From assembly GCA_950097015.1 (NCBI GenBank), contig CATNEN010000014.1:620001-684000 (forward strand): a DNA stretch of 64,000 bases. The letters are read 5' to 3'. The notes beneath the pieces are model-generated. The model saw only the letters and a program-made list of their open reading frames with translations, was not told where the DNA came from and made no database searches. The stretch comes from Macrostomum hystrix (taxonomy: Eukaryota > Animalia > Platyhelminthes). The position numbers and the translations under genes are program-made. How positions within the stretch are numbered: the stretch's first letter is position 1; the number at the start of each line of letters is the position of its first letter. This document shows, in pieces, positions 24,028-37,100 of the stretch.

Positions 24028-26115
24028 ATGGAGACGACGCCAAGCAGCGGAGGCGCGGAGACTCAGAAACAGCTCACAGACGACCAGCTTCATCGGCTGA
24101 TCATGAAAGCCTACGAGGACTCGGCGGACCTGGCCCAGCTGCAGCTCAGCATGCGGGGAGTCATGCTGGCCGACCCTGAGCGCATCCGCCAGGCCTACCG
24201 TCAGGTGGTGCAACTCAAGGGCAGGGCGAGAAGCCGTGCTTCATCCGAGGTTCGTTGCTTCCAGACACTGACTGATTTTGTGAATGGCCACGCGTGCCAA
24301 ATGCTGCCGTCAAAGCTCTCAAAGCCAGCTCCTGGTCCATTCCAGCACCTTCTCTGCCTCATCTCTGTCTCATTTCTCTGCCTCATCTCTGTCTCATTTC
24401 TCTGTCCCATCACTCCCATCTCATTTCTCCCCGGTCTAATCTCTTTCCTGCCTAATCTCGCCTATGCCTTATCTCTCCCGAGTCTCATCTCTCCCGAGTC
24501 TTATCTCTCCCCAGTCTCATCTCTCCCGAGTCTCATCTCTCCCCTGTCTCATCTCTCCCGAGTCTTATCTCTCCCCTGTCTCACCTCTCCCTCCTCTCAA
24601 CTCCCCAAAGTCAACGCGGCCAGCTGTAGTGTTTCAGATTCTCTCTTTAGTTGTTAAAAGGTTGCCAGCAATTTCGTTTGTTGAATACAGCTGCTTACAA
24701 TGTAGCCTCAATCCTCAATCAGCAGCAGCCGGGGCCGACGCCCTGGCCTTCCCTTACGTTTGTGGAGCCTGGAGGCGCCGGAGCAGCCGTTGCCGTCGGT
24801 GTCAGCAACGGCAAGCAGCGGGCGTCGCAGCGACGCAAGTCGAATCCAGCGCAGCAGCGCAGCGCCCAGCGTAAGAGCAGCGGCGAAACGAGCGCCCTGA
24901 CGGCGCAGATGGATGCCTCGGCATTTAGGGAGGTCGCGGGCGGTCTGAACAATCTGCGTTCCGAGCTAGCCGCGCTGTGCCGGGTGCGGCACAAGAACCT
25001 GCTCTGTCTGACCGCGGCCAGGCCCGGCAAGGCCGGCAGGTTCACGCTGGACTTCGACCTGGGCAGCCCAGCCAGTCACGTGACCCTGCAGGACCTGTTT
25101 CGCGACACCACTCCAGTTGAGGGGCCGCGCTCTCTGCTGGACGGCTGCTCGCTGAACGCCTGCGAAATCGCCTGCGTGCTGGCGCAGGCCTGCCTGGGTT
25201 TGCTCTTCCTCACCGAGTGCGCTAGCACAGTCCTGCGCAACCTGCAGGTGCGGCCCGAGGCCTGCCTACTAACAAAGAACATCCTGCTCACAAACAGGTG
25301 ACGCTCACAGCCTCTTCTGACTGACACACATGCAACCCACCAACTCCATTCTTACTCAGAAGCCGCATTCCTCGCCTCTCCGCTCCCTCAGAAGCCGCAT
25401 TCCTCGCCTCTCAGCTCCCTCAGAAGCCGCATTCCTCACCACTCCGTTCCCTCAGAAGTCGCATTCCTCACCTCTCCGCTCCCTCAGAAGCCGCATTCCT
25501 CGCCTCTCCGCTCCCTCAGAAGCCGCATTCCTCACCACTCCGCTCCCTCAGAAGTCGCATTCCTCACCACTCCGCTCCCTCAGAAGTCGCATTCCTTGCT
25601 ATTACCTCCCGCAGCGGGGTCATCAAGCTCTGTGGCCACCATCCAGTGCTGCAGCTGCCCCGAACAGCAGCGACATCGCGAGCGCAGGACGAAGCCGACG
25701 AAGAGTTGGACGACTTCCTGGAGAGCGAGTCGGACAGCGGCCGAGGTCGGCCGGGCCAGCTGGCACACCGGCTGGCGCAACTGCTGTACGAACTGGACCA
25801 TGTGCAGCACCGGCCGCTGCACTGCCTGGCCGACTGCCCGACAGCGGAACGCGAGCTGCTCAACCAGCGCTACGCCCACCTGTTCGGCATCTGCTCCGAC
25901 TGGGACGCTACGCGACCAGTGAGAAATTGAGTCCGAGAAAATTGAGTCTCATTTAAAAATCATTTCGCAGCGTTTAGAACAGCATCTGAAACTCGCCTAC
26001 CTTTCAGGTGGACCTGCGCTTCGTTCTGTACTCAGACTTCATCAGCGAGCAGACTTCCTCATTGGACAGTTTCAAGTCACCGCTGGAGTTTGTGTTTGCC
26101 TCCAGGCTGGGATAA
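24028..26115 (+). CDS. Divergent protein-kinase-fold (pseudokinase) protein, about 411 aa
   Basis: Exons 24028-24204, 24651-25297, 25615-25918, 26008-26115; GT-AG and in phase. Kinase-like ELAALCRVRHKNLL (III-IV), LAQACLGLLFL (VIa), GVIKL (VII), LAQLLYEL (IX) and C..W...RP....L...FI (XI). Confidence 0.7.
24345..24600. repeat. About 16-bp TCTCATCTCTCCC.. minisatellite in pseudokinase intron 1
   Basis: Same unit family as 56630-57310. Confidence 0.88.
25345..25595. repeat. About 31-bp CCTCAGAAG(C/T)CGCATTCCTC.. minisatellite in pseudokinase intron 2
   Basis: Tandem units read directly. Confidence 0.9.
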
Positions 26116-26156
26116 GGGTACACAATGCTGTACAAGTTACTGTCAGCAGCATGCGG

Positions 26157-26314
26157 TCAAGACACCTAGCATTCCCCTGTGATATTCAACTGCTGTGTAA
26201 ATACAAGTTCAAAAAGTCTCACAAAATGAACGCTAACAAGACACCTAGCATTCCCCTGTGATATTCAATTGCTGTGTAAATACAAGTTCAAAAGTCTCAC
26301 AAAATGAACGCTAA
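26157..26314. repeat. Tandem duplication of about 79 bp
   Basis: CAAGACACCTAGCATTCCCCTGTGATATTCAA..GTCTCACAAAATGAACGCTAA occurs twice. Confidence 0.9.
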
Positions 26315-26426
26315 CATTTAAACGTGAATGAGTTGTGTGTGCATTCACTTATTGGTTTTGGTTTGAGATGAAGTTTCCTTTCAAGTGATGGCCTTTGGAT
26401 CCACAGAACAGCCTAACAGCAGAAAG

Positions 26427-26774
26427 AGGGAGTGGGTGGCAGCAGCGGTTATCGCATTTGCCTCTCGCACCACAATCCCTAAGTTCGATTCCACTGCGAG
26501 GCCACATTTATTTGGGGCGCAGCCGCGGAGAGAAGGCTTGAGGGCTTGTCGTGCAATTGACGCCCTTGAGGGCCAACCTTCAAGGCACAGTGAAATGTAC
26601 ACTGCCTGGCGATGAGAAAGTCAGGGCAGATGTACACACCTGTGTGAGCGTATGGCTGCGTACAGTATCTGTGTGCGTGTGTGCTCGAGTCAGTGCAATG
26701 GGCAGAATTGCCTCCTCGCTGGCTGCGGGTCTAGTGTCACCAAATGATGTGCTACTGCCCGCAGCCCTCTTGCA

Positions 26775-26810
<36 letters not shown>
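26427..26810 (+). mobile_element. tRNA-derived SINE, copy 1
   Basis: A-box-like GTGGCAGCAGCGG, B-box GTTCGATTCC, a body shared with 44305 and 50544, and an (ATT)n tail. Confidence 0.85.
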
Positions 26811-26811
<1 letters not shown>

Positions 26812-27171
26812 GAACAGTAGAAAGAACCCGGTGGTATTTAAAACAGCTACATTTTTCTCCTTTTTTCTGTCGCTTTAAATGCTTAACCAATCGGCATGAA
26901 AATCGTGAACACGGGCTAAAATTTTCCACTAAATCAGATTGAACAACTTCCAGAATAACAAAGCATCGGCATCATCGAGATATTAAATTATTCTCGAAGG
27001 GTTTTAGTAGGCAAATATTACCAATATGTCTAATTTTTCGGCTGACAAAATTTCATCATGCAACCATGATCTTGTTGAATTTATCGTTCATTTTACTTTA
27101 TTGAGATAATATAGATTGCCATATAGGTTTACAAAGAGCAATATTAGTTGTCCTTGTCACGAGGATCATCG

Positions 27172-28269
27172 GCAACAGGTGAGAAGGCTGCTCACACCGG
27201 TGAGAATGAGCCTGCATGAGAGGCTTAGCTAACAGGTGAGAAGGCTGCTCACACCGGTGAGAATGAGCCTGCATGAGAGGCTTAGCCAACAGGTGAGAAG
27301 GCTGCTCACACCGGTGAGAATGAGCCTGCATGAGAGGCTTAGCTAACAGGTGAGAAGGCTGCTCACACCGGTGAGAATGAGCCTGCATGAGAGGCTTAGC
27401 CAACAGGTGAGAAGGCTGCTCACACCGGTGAGAATGAGCCTGCATGAGAGGCTTAGCTAACAGGTGAGAAGGCTGCTCACACCGGTGAGAATGAGCCTGC
27501 ATGAGAGGCTTAGCCAACAGGTGAGAAGGCTGCTCACACCGGTGAGAATGAGCCTGCATGAGAGGCTTAGCTAACAGGTGAGAAGGCTGCTCACACCGGT
27601 GAGAATGAGCCTGCATGAGAGGCTTAGCTAACAGGTGAGAAGGCTGCTCACACCGGTGAGAATGAGCCTGCATGAGAGGCTTAGCCAACAGGTGAGAAGG
27701 CTGCTCACACCGGTGAGAATGAGCCTGCATGAGAGGCTTAGCTAACAGGTGAGAAGGCTGCTCACACCGGTGAGAATGAGCCTGCATGAGAGGCTTAGCT
27801 AACAGGTGAGAAGGCTGCTCACACCGGTGAGAATGAGCCTGCATGAGAGGCTTAGCTAACAGGTGAGAAGGCTGCTCACACCGGTGAGAATGAGCCTGCA
27901 TGAGAGGCTTAGCCAACAGGTGAGAAGGCTGCTCACACCGGTGAGAATGAGCCTGCATGAGAGGCTTAGCTAACAGGTGAGAAGGCTGCTCACACCGGTG
28001 AGAATGAGCCTGCATGAGAGGCTTAGCTAACAGGTGAGAAGGCTGCTCACACCGGTGAGAATGAGCCTGCATGAGAGGCTTAGCCAACAGGTGAGAAGGC
28101 TGCTCACACCGGTGAGAATGAGCCTGCATGAGAGGCTTAGCCAACAGGTGAGAAGGCTGCTCACACCGGTGAGAATGAGCCTGCATGAGAGGCTTAGCTA
28201 ACAGGTGAGAAGGCTGCTCACACCGGTGAGAATGAGCCTGCATGAGAGGCTTAGCTAACAGGTGAGAAG
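27172..28269. repeat. 57-bp tandem array, about 19 units
   Basis: AACAGGTGAGAAGGCTGCTCACACCGGTGAGAATGAGCCTGCATGAGAGGCTTAGC(T/C); units are nearly identical. Confidence 0.98.
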
Positions 28270-28914
28270 GCAGAGACTAAAGAAACTAAGAAGACACATA
28301 AGACAGCAAATCTGTGACGAAAGTAAGAAAAAAGTGTCACTGGCGGTAACAAAAACCGATTTCATAATAGTTTATTGTCACAAAAAGCTACATATACTAC
28401 TAGTGGAAAATATGTGCAACAAAACTCGAAATAACAGCTGTGTGGCACATCTTAGGATATCGGTAGGGAATAAAACTAGGAAATAAACAAAAACACTGGA
28501 ACAAGGAGCGTCAGCGAAATGATTTGGGAGGCCGAGTAGAAAACTTGTCATTGTATTTCCTAGTTCACAATATCATATAACATACGAGCTTTGAAGTAAA
28601 AAAATATTGCTTTAAGAGCAAAACAAAACACATTAAAGTTATATTAAAACTCTAAACACACAACTGACTACTTACCAGAAGTAGTTTATCGAGTAATAAA
28701 CAAAAAATGGTAACACAGTACATAACTATTGAGACCAAACAAAAGATAGGGCACCAGTGTACACGCGACAGAGGAATCAGCGCCAATCACAGCGAAAAAG
28801 GAAAGCGCAGTCAGGCCTAAGCCGCAGAGCTGGAAGGTCCAGACAGGAGTGAAGAATTAGGAAGGCAGGGCGCCCAGCAAGAAGCAGCCAGCGGCTTCAA
28901 AGCCAAGTCAAGCA

Positions 28915-31900
28915 TCAAGCAGTCGCGGCAGCAGGCGGCGCCGGCAGTCCGTAGGCGCAGCGACGGCATATCGGGCATGTGCTGCGCCGCACGAGCCAAG
29001 CAGCCGCGCAGACGCGGTGGAACACGTGACCGCACAGCAGCCCGACAAGCTGGTGGCCGCGGCGGAAGCGGTCGAGGCAGACTGGGCAGTGGCTGGCCCT
29101 GAGGGCCGATCTCGGCCAGCCATCATCCGATTCAGCGGCCTCGGCTACTTCGGCGTCGGTGGTGGCGGTGGCGGTGGAGTCGGAGGCGGCCGCGACTGCG
29201 GGCGGAGTGACGCGGCAAGTCCACTGCTGCAGGCGGTTTAGGCAGCGCTCCGGATCCCGCTGCGGAATCCACAGGGAGGGCGCAGCCAGGGACTGCATGA
29301 GCAGCTCAAGGCTCTGCGCGGCGTCAGCGTCTCGAGCGGCGGCCGCCTCTGCATCGTCATCGTCATCGCTGTTGCGGTTGCTGCCCATGTCGACGCTGCT
29401 GCTGCTGCCATTATCGTCACCAAGGCTGCTGCTGCTGCTGCCATCCATGTCAACCTCGCTGCTGTCGTCCGGATCCCGAGCCGCTGCGGCAGGCGTCGAG
29501 GCGGCGCCGGCTGTCGCCGCAGTCACAGAAGATGCCGCAACTGCCACCGGGGCAGAGTTCTGGCTCGAAGAGGCGGCGACTCGATCCCTAGGGATCTGGC
29601 GGACCGACAGGGAATACTGGCGTGAGTGTACAGCCTGCGGAGACACGCGAGGGGCAGAAATAAGTAGAGCTGAGATTCCCCTGCATCCAGTGCAAGTAAA
29701 GCCTCCAAAACAGCTCACCGTGGCCTCTGGGGGCTGAACAGGTTGAGGGAGCTCAGGCGGCTGCTGCTCAGGCGGAGCTGGGTTCTCAATGTGCACCTGA
29801 TGGCGCCAGTAGAAGGCGCACGAGGCCATCAGGCAGATTATCACCGGGCCGGCGCTCGGGTAGGCGCCCAAGTGCCAGTCGGCACGGATGCGCACCGCGA
29901 GGTCGCTGAAGACGAGTTGTCGCCAAGCGGCGGTCAGCGCCAAGCCGGCTGGGCTGGCCCAGGCGATGTTGAAGAAGAGGCGGAGCGCGGCCACGCTGAA
30001 CCAGAGCAGCAGGTTGCACCTGGCGGGGTGTGAGAAGAACAGTGAATATAAAGGATGTGTAGCAACAATTCTCAACAACAGCTAAAAGTCCAGCCCGCAG
30101 AGGCACTGACCAGAACGCCAGCCGAATGGCGTCGAAGAAACGAGCGGAGAAAGTAGCTGCGGGCAGCAGGGAGGGCAGCGGCAGCAGGGCAAAGTTCAGC
30201 AGAGCGGTGGCCATCCAGCCAGCGCACCAGGCGTCAGGGGCGAGGCTGGAGAGCAGCAGCCGCAGGCCGGTCGCTGTGCCGCCATCAGCAGGGTTCAGCT
30301 GGTAGTCCTGCTCCGGGGTGAGCAGCGTCAGCTTCATGGAGCGGCGGCCGTCGGGCAGCGGGCGGTGCCAGAAGCGCAGGCGGCCGTGAAACTCGATGCT
30401 GAGGGTTGCCAGCATGAGCGGCGCCGTGGGCGGCCAGGTGGGCAACTCGGCGAGCAAGCCGACCTCGCCAGCGTCGACCTCCGAGCGGTGTGACGGTTGC
30501 CAGGCAGTCAGGAGGCCGGATACTCGGGCGGAAATGCGCGCCAGAACGGCTAGCGTCTCGGTGCCCGGAGGGAAGCTGACGGCAACATCCTGCGGTAAGG
30601 CGGATGGGTCATGACTGACGCTGCCTGCAGCTCCACTCTTCTCTTATCTCTTCATTCCCTGACTTACTGACCCACCTCTGGCTCCGGAAGGTCCTTCTAA
30701 ACCAGACCCGGAAGGACATCCGGGCCCTCACCATGACCCTCACGGGCCATGGCTGCTACGCCAGACACTGTTTCCTCCGAGGAGACCTCTGGAGTGAGCT
30801 GTGCCTGTTCTGCAACCTTGAGAACGAGGATGCCCTGCACTTCGTCTGTCACTGCCCTTTCTTCACCAGAGAGAGGCTTAAACACCTCGGACCAAACCCA
30901 TCCATGGACGACGTTTGCAGATCCGAGAACATCCCGCGGCTCTTCCGGTTCCTGAGGGCTACCAGACGAGCATCTTTCTTCCCTAGTGAAGAGCAAGCTG
31001 CAGGAAGAACCGGCCACGGACCTCCCTGACTGGCCCCGGCCGATTGCGGGTCTTTCAGGGATTAGCGGAATGGGCGACCCCCGCCTCCCCGCTGTGTCCA
31101 TCGGACCGCCCTGCAGATAAGTCAAGGAAGTCAAGACCCACCTCTGTCCCCTGCACCCTAAGTGCTGTCAGTCCTACCTGCAGGCCGGTGGAGTCGGGGT
31201 GGATGATCAGCAGGCCGGCCCGGTCCCTGAAAAAGTGGCGATCGAGGCAGAACTCGGCCAAACCGGAGGACTTGGCGCAGGGCAGCAGCGCCAGGCGGCA
31301 GCCGAAAGCGTCCAGCGCCGTGGCCAGCTGGGGCTCGAACTCCGGCTCAGCCTCCCAGGTGGCGTAGGCGGCCCACATGCGCTGCAAGCCGAGGTTCACC
31401 TCTCGGCGGAGCTCTTCAGCGGTCTGGACAGACATGTAACGCTGCACCAGCGGAATGGACTTAATCTGAGGAAAATGGGGTCGGGCATCAGCGCTTGCTC
31501 TGCTGGCCTGCCGTCCCACAACCTGCTGGCCTGCCGTTCCACCACCTGCTGGCCTGCCGTCCCACCACCTGCTGGCCTGCCGTCCCACAACCTGCTGGCC
31601 TGCCGTCCCACAACCTGCTGGCCTGCCGTCCCACAACCTGCTGGCCTGCCGTCCCACAACCTGCTGGCCTGCCGTCCCACAACCTGCTGGCCTGCCGTTC
31701 CACCACCTGCTGGCCTGCCGTCCCACCACCTGCCGGCTTGCCGTCCCACCACCTGCTGGCCTGCTGTCCCACAACCTGCTGGCCTGCCGTCCCACAACCT
31801 GCTGGCCTGCCGTCCCATAACCTGCTGGCCTGCCGTTCCACCACCTGCTGGCCTGCCGTTCCACCACCTGCTGGCCTGCCGTTCCACCACCTGCTGGCCT

Positions 31901-34084
31901 GCCGTCCCACAACCTGCTGGCCTGCCGTCCCACAACCTGCTAGCCTGCCGTCCCATAACCTGCTGGCCTGCCGTCCCACCTGTTGGCCTGCCGTCCCACC
32001 TGCTGGCCTGCTGTCCAACCTGCCGGCCTGCCGTCCCACCACCTGCTGGCCTGCCGTCCCACCACCTGCTGGCCTGCCGTCCCACCACCTGCTGGCCTGC
32101 CGTCCCACCACCTGCTGGCCTGCCGTCCCACAACCTGCTGGCCTGCCGTCCCACAACCTGCTAGCCTGCCGTCCCATAACCTGCTGGCCTGCCGTCCCAC
32201 CTGTTGGCCTGCCGTCCCACCTGCTGGCCTGCTGTCCAACCTGCCGGCCTGCCGTCCCACCACCTGCTGGCCTGCCGTCCCACCACCTGCTGGCCTGCCG
32301 TCCCACCACCTGCTGGCCTGCCGTCCCACCACCTGCTGGCCTGCCGTCCCACCACCTGCTGGCCTGCCGTTCCACCACCTGCCGGCTTGCCGTCCCACCA
32401 CCTGCTGGCCTGCTGTCCCACAACCTGCTGGCCTGCCGTCCCACAACCTGCTGGCCTGCCGTCCCACAACCTGCTGGCCTGTTGTCCCACCACCTGCTGG
32501 CCTGCTGTCCCACAACCTGCTGTCCCACAACCTGCTGGCCTGCCGTCCCACCACCTGCCGGCCTGCCGTCCCACCACCTGCCGGCCTGCCGTCCCACCAC
32601 CTGCTGGCCTGCCGTCTCACCACCTGCTGGCCTGCCGTCCCACCACCTTCCGGCCTGCCGTCCCACAACCTGCTGGCGTGCTGTCCCACCACCTGCTGGC
32701 CTGCTGTCCCATCACCTGCTGCTGCTGGCCTGCTGTCCCACCACCTGCTGGCCTGCTGTCCCACAACCTGCTGTCCCACCACCTGCTGGCCTGCCGTCCC
32801 ACCACCTGCCGGCCTGCCGTCCCACCACCTGCTGGCCTGCCGTCTCACCACCTGCTGGCCTGCCGTCCCACCACCTTCCGGCCTGCCGTCCCACAACCTG
32901 CTGGCCTGCTGTCCCACCACCTGCCGGCCTGCCGTCCCACCACCTGCTGGCCTGCCGTCCCACAACCTGCTGGCCTGCCGTCCCACCACCTGCCGGCCTG
33001 CCGTCCCACCACCTGCCGGCCTGCCGTCCCACCACCTGCTGGCCTGCCGTCTCACCACCTGCTGGCCTGCCGTCCCACCACCTTCCGGCCTGCCGTCCCA
33101 CCACCTTCCGGCCTGCCGTCCCACAACCTGCTGGCCTGCTGTCCCACCACCTGCTGGCCTGCTGTCCCACCACCTGCTGGCCTGCCGTCTCACCACCTGC
33201 TGGCCTGCCGTCCCACCACCTTCCGGCCTGCCGTCCCACCACCTTCCGGCCTGCCGTCCCACAACCTGCTGGCCTGCTGTCCCACCACCTGCTGGCCTGC
33301 CGTCCCACCACCTGCTGGCCTGCCGTCTCACCACCTGCTGGCCTGCCGTCCCACCACCTTCCGGCCTGCCGTCCCACCACCTGCCGGCCTGCCGTCCCAC
33401 CACCTGCTGGCCTGCCGTCTCACCACCTGCTGGCCTGCCGTCCCACCACCTTCCGGCCTGCCGTCCCACCACCTTCCGGCCTGCCGTCCCACAACCTGCT
33501 GGCCTGCTGTCCCACCACCTGCTGGCCTGCTGTCCCATCACCTGCTGCTGCTGGCCTGCTGTCCCACCACCTGCTGGCCTGCTGTCCCACAACCTGCTGG
33601 CCTGCTGTCCCACAACCTGCTGGCCTGCTGTCCCATCACCTGCTGCTGCTGGCCTGCTGTCCCACCACCTGCTGGCCTGCTGTCCCACAACCTGCTGGCC
33701 TGCTGTCCCATCACCTGCTGCTGCTGGCCTGCTGTCCTAACTGCTGGCCTGCACAGGGCACAAATCGCAGCAAAGGACCTTATCGACACTTACTGAAGCC
33801 AGCCGCAGGTCAACGGAGCTGGGCATTCCGGAGGCTTCGATTGCGCGGAGGCCGGAAGTCCTGACCAGGCTGGGTTCCTCAGCTAGCGGCAGAGCCGCCG
33901 TGTCCGGGAAGACGCCGCGAAGCTGTAACAGCCGCCAGAGCACTAAGCGCATTTTGGGGCCGTGGGGATACTTGATCTTTGCAGGGTCCGGCAAGGGCGG
34001 CTCGTGCCAGCGGGCCAGGACGAAAATGGCGACCAGCTGCACGCAGCTCATGAGTAGCAGCACTAACCAGCCAATCATGCGCAT
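28915..34084 (-). CDS. RNF103: Membrane RING-H2 E3 ubiquitin ligase, RNF103 (KF-1)-like, about 720 aa
   Basis: Exons 34084-33794, 31465-31178, 30589-30111, 30019-28915; GT-AG and in phase. N-terminal hydrophobic ..IFVLARW.E and LLQLRG, central LAVRIRADW (cf. LASWVRADW) and RING CPVCLDRF..G..LVGL.CGHVFH..C..W...CPIC match RNF103 as I recall it. Confidence 0.82.
30700..31030 (+). mobile_element. 3' fragment of a non-LTR retrotransposon (I-group-like C-terminal zinc knuckle) in RNF103 intron 2
   Basis: ORF 30733-31029 reads LTGHG...H....G...S..C..C...E...H.VC.CP, typical of the ORF2 end in I/Loa/Ingi/R1-type LINEs. Confidence 0.75.
31496..33745. repeat. GC-rich minisatellite of about 23 bp (CCTGCTGGCCTGCCGTCCCACCA) filling RNF103 intron 1
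   Basis: Tandem variant units over about 2.2 kb; source of the many long repetitive ORFs. Confidence 0.98.
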
Positions 34085-34246
34085 TGTAGGTCAGAGAGTC
34101 AACTTTGCTGTGGCGGTAACTCCACTGCTGATTTGTCCGCTAAGGCGGCTGCAGAGAAAAATGTCAATCAGACTAAAGAAAGGCAGGAGGAGAATGGGAC
34201 AGCGAAGCTATGGGGCAGTAAGGTCTGACTCAGTAAAGCTATGGGA

Positions 34247-34885
34247 CAGTGAAGCTATGGGAAAATGAGGTGCTGACACAGAGAAGCTATGGGAAAATGA
34301 GGTGCTGACACAGAGAAGCTATGGGAAAATGAGGTGCTGACACAGAGAAGCTATGGGAAAATGAGGTGCTGACATAGAGAAGCTATGGGAAAATGAGGTG
34401 CTGACATAGAGAAGCTATGGGAAAATGAGGTGCTGACATAGAGAAGCTATGGGAAAATGAGGTGCTGACACAGAGAAGCTATGGGAAAATGAGGTGCTGA
34501 CACAGAGAAGCTATGGGAAAATGAGGTGCTGACATAGAGAAGCTATGGGAAAATGAGGTGCTGACATAGAGAAGCTATGGGAAAATGAGGTGCTGACATA
34601 GAGAAGCTATGGGAAAATGAGGTGCTGACATAGAGAAGCTATGGGAAAATGAGGTGCTGACACAGAGAAGCTATGGGAAAATGAGGTGCTGACACAGAGA
34701 AGCTATGGGAAAATGAGGTGCTGACATAGAGAAGCTATGGGAAAATGAGGTGCTGACATAGAGAAGCTATGGGAAAATGAGGTGCTGACACAGAGAAGCT
34801 ATGGGAAAATGAGGTGCTGACATAGAGAAGCTATGGGAAAATGAGGTGCTGACACAGAGAAGCTAAGGGAAAATGAGGTGCTGAC
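34247..34885. repeat. 32-bp tandem array, about 20 units
   Basis: GAGAAGCTATGGGAAAATGAGGTGCTGACA(C/T)A; GAGAAGCT at 34281 and 34313. Confidence 0.97.
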
Positions 34886-35667
34886 GCAGCGGTCGCAAAA
34901 ACAAGCAAGTCAACACAGTGCACTTTGATTCTAGCGAAAATCAAGGGCTCCTTGCTCAATATATACACAAAAATAGTTCGAGCTCAAGTCTATTCTGTTA
35001 TAAGCATTTATTGCCAGAAAAAAAAACGGTCGCAGCAAGCGAAAGTTTCAGTTAAAAGCGAAAAAATCAGAGCCGAGATGTGAGACTGAACCCACTAAAC
35101 GTGCTCCACAATTATAGAATAAGTGATTTTGTACAGGTCAAACTAGACAGCTATGCGAGTCTCATCTGCATTCAGCAATTCCCATCTGCATTCTGCAACT
35201 GCCCTCTGCTGCTTTCCTATATCTATTCTATGAGTCTAGGCCGCAGGAGGCAATTCTAGAGGCATTCAGTGCAAGTCAACCGATGCAAGGACTGCAAGAC
35301 AAACAAACAAACAAAAAGCAGCAACAAGATCTGCTGCATGGTTCAGAGGTTTTCAGACAAATCAATTGCAGCCGGTATTGAGTATAGGAAAAAATTAAAT
35401 AAGAAAAGGCTCTGCGTACAGTGGAAACATCACGTGATGGGGCTGGGTAAGCGGCGGGCAATCATTTACAGTGAGGTGACAGTTAACTGAAGCCCAGCTA
35501 TGTACATATGAACAAGCTGATAAATGAGTTTGTGTACAGTGAAGCATCGCACAAGACACTCTCGGGACTTCAATTTATAAAGCAAAGTTTTGAGCCCGTG
35601 TTAAACATTCTCAAACTAACTGCAGTTTCAGATTCGACAATGCCACGAATCAAACGATACACAAAAA

Positions 35668-36312
35668 AATCCCAGGATCAGCAACTGAATTCCCAGGATC
35701 AGCAACTAATATCCCAGGATCAGCAACTGAAATCCCCAGGATCAGAAACTAATATCCCAGGATCAGAAACTAATATCCCAGGATCAGCAACTGAAATCCC
35801 AGGATCAGAAACTAATATCCCAGGATCAGAAACTAAAATCCCAGGATCAGCAACTGAAATCCCAGGATCAGAAACTAATATCCCAGGATCAGAAACTAAT
35901 ATCCCAGGATCAGCAACTGAAATCCCAGGATCAGCAACTAATATCCCAGGATCAGAAACTAATATCCCAGGATCAGCAACTGAAATCCCAGGATCAGCAA
36001 CTAAAATCTCAGGATCAGCAACTGAAATCCCAGGATCAGAAACTAAAATCCCAGGATCAGCAACTAATATCCCAGGATCAGCAACTGAAATCCCAGGATC
36101 AGCAACTAAAATCCCAGGATCAGCAACTGAAATCCCAGGATCAGAAACTAATATCCCAGGATCAGAAACTAATATCCCAGGATCAGCAACTGAAATCCCA
36201 GGATCAGCAACTAATATCCCAGGATCAGAAACTAATATCCCAGGATCAGCAACTGAAATCCCAGGATCAGCAACTAAAATCCCAGGATCAGCAACTGAAA
36301 TCCCAGGATCAG
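35668..36312. repeat. 21-bp minisatellite ATCCCAGGATCAG(C/A)AACT(G/A)A(A/T)
   Basis: About 30 units; open reading as PGSxTxI. Confidence 0.97.
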
Positions 36313-36918
36313 CAGCCAAAATTCAAGTTACTGGACAGCAGGACTAAAAATATTAAACGCAAATACAGATGAATCGTATAAAAGCTAATGGATTTACTTA
36401 ACTCGGTCCTCAATCGACAAATCATAATTACGCAGAAGCCAGTTTTTAGCAGAATTTCAATTCAATTGCGTCAATCACTTGAAAAAGAATTCCAAATGAC
36501 ACTGACAGCAGGAAGTAGGCGAGTCTAGAGCGGAAAATCACTTTAGATTTCCGAAGCCGCATTTAGATAGGAAACAATAGCTTGACAAATCAGCATTTAC
36601 AATGTGAGTGATTTACAATGCATTTACCGCGACATCCCGGTAACTGTGAGCTTGCTTGATGGGGAGCTGAGAGTGGAGAGAATACTGCAGCAAGAGGCTC
36701 GAAGCATTTGTCCCCAACGTTGCGGCTGCACTGATCTGCTTCCGGAAGAGGCAATTAATGTGGCATGACAGAAGCGTGTAAATCTCCGACTTTAGCGCTT
36801 TAAGTAAGTAAATTAATTTATTTACATCAGCACCTGCTCTCAGTTGAACAGTGCTCACATTGATAGACTTAGAAATAGACTTAAAACTATAAATATTATG
36901 TACAAAAAAACCCAAAAA

Positions 36919-37100
36919 ACTGGGATCTGTGAGGATTCGGGACTGGGATCTGTGAGGATTCCGGACTGGGATCTGTGAGGATTCGGGACTGGGATCTCTG
37001 AGGATTCGGGACTGGGATCTCTGAGGATTCTGGACTGGGATCTGTGAAGATTCGGGACTGGGATCTTCGATGATTACGGACTGGGATATTTGAGAATTAG
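36919..37100. repeat. 23-bp minisatellite GGGACTGGGATCTGTGAGGATTC
   Basis: CTGGGATC at 36920, 36943 and onward, degenerating to the right. Confidence 0.92.

Noticed and set aside
26430-26500. Functional tRNA genes at the SINE heads (also 44310 and 50548)
   Set aside because: They have A/B boxes but no complete cloverleaf, and they continue into a shared SINE body and tail.
30656-31031. TCCCTGACT direct repeat as the TSD of the LINE fragment
   Set aside because: No poly-A or simple-repeat tail precedes the right copy. A 9-bp match could be chance, so it was not used to define the boundaries.
31396-33864. Long Cys/Pro- or Gly/Arg-rich ORFs (up to 789 aa)
   Set aside because: They are open in many frames on both strands because the repeat lacks stop codons, and they lie in a GT-AG intron of RNF103.
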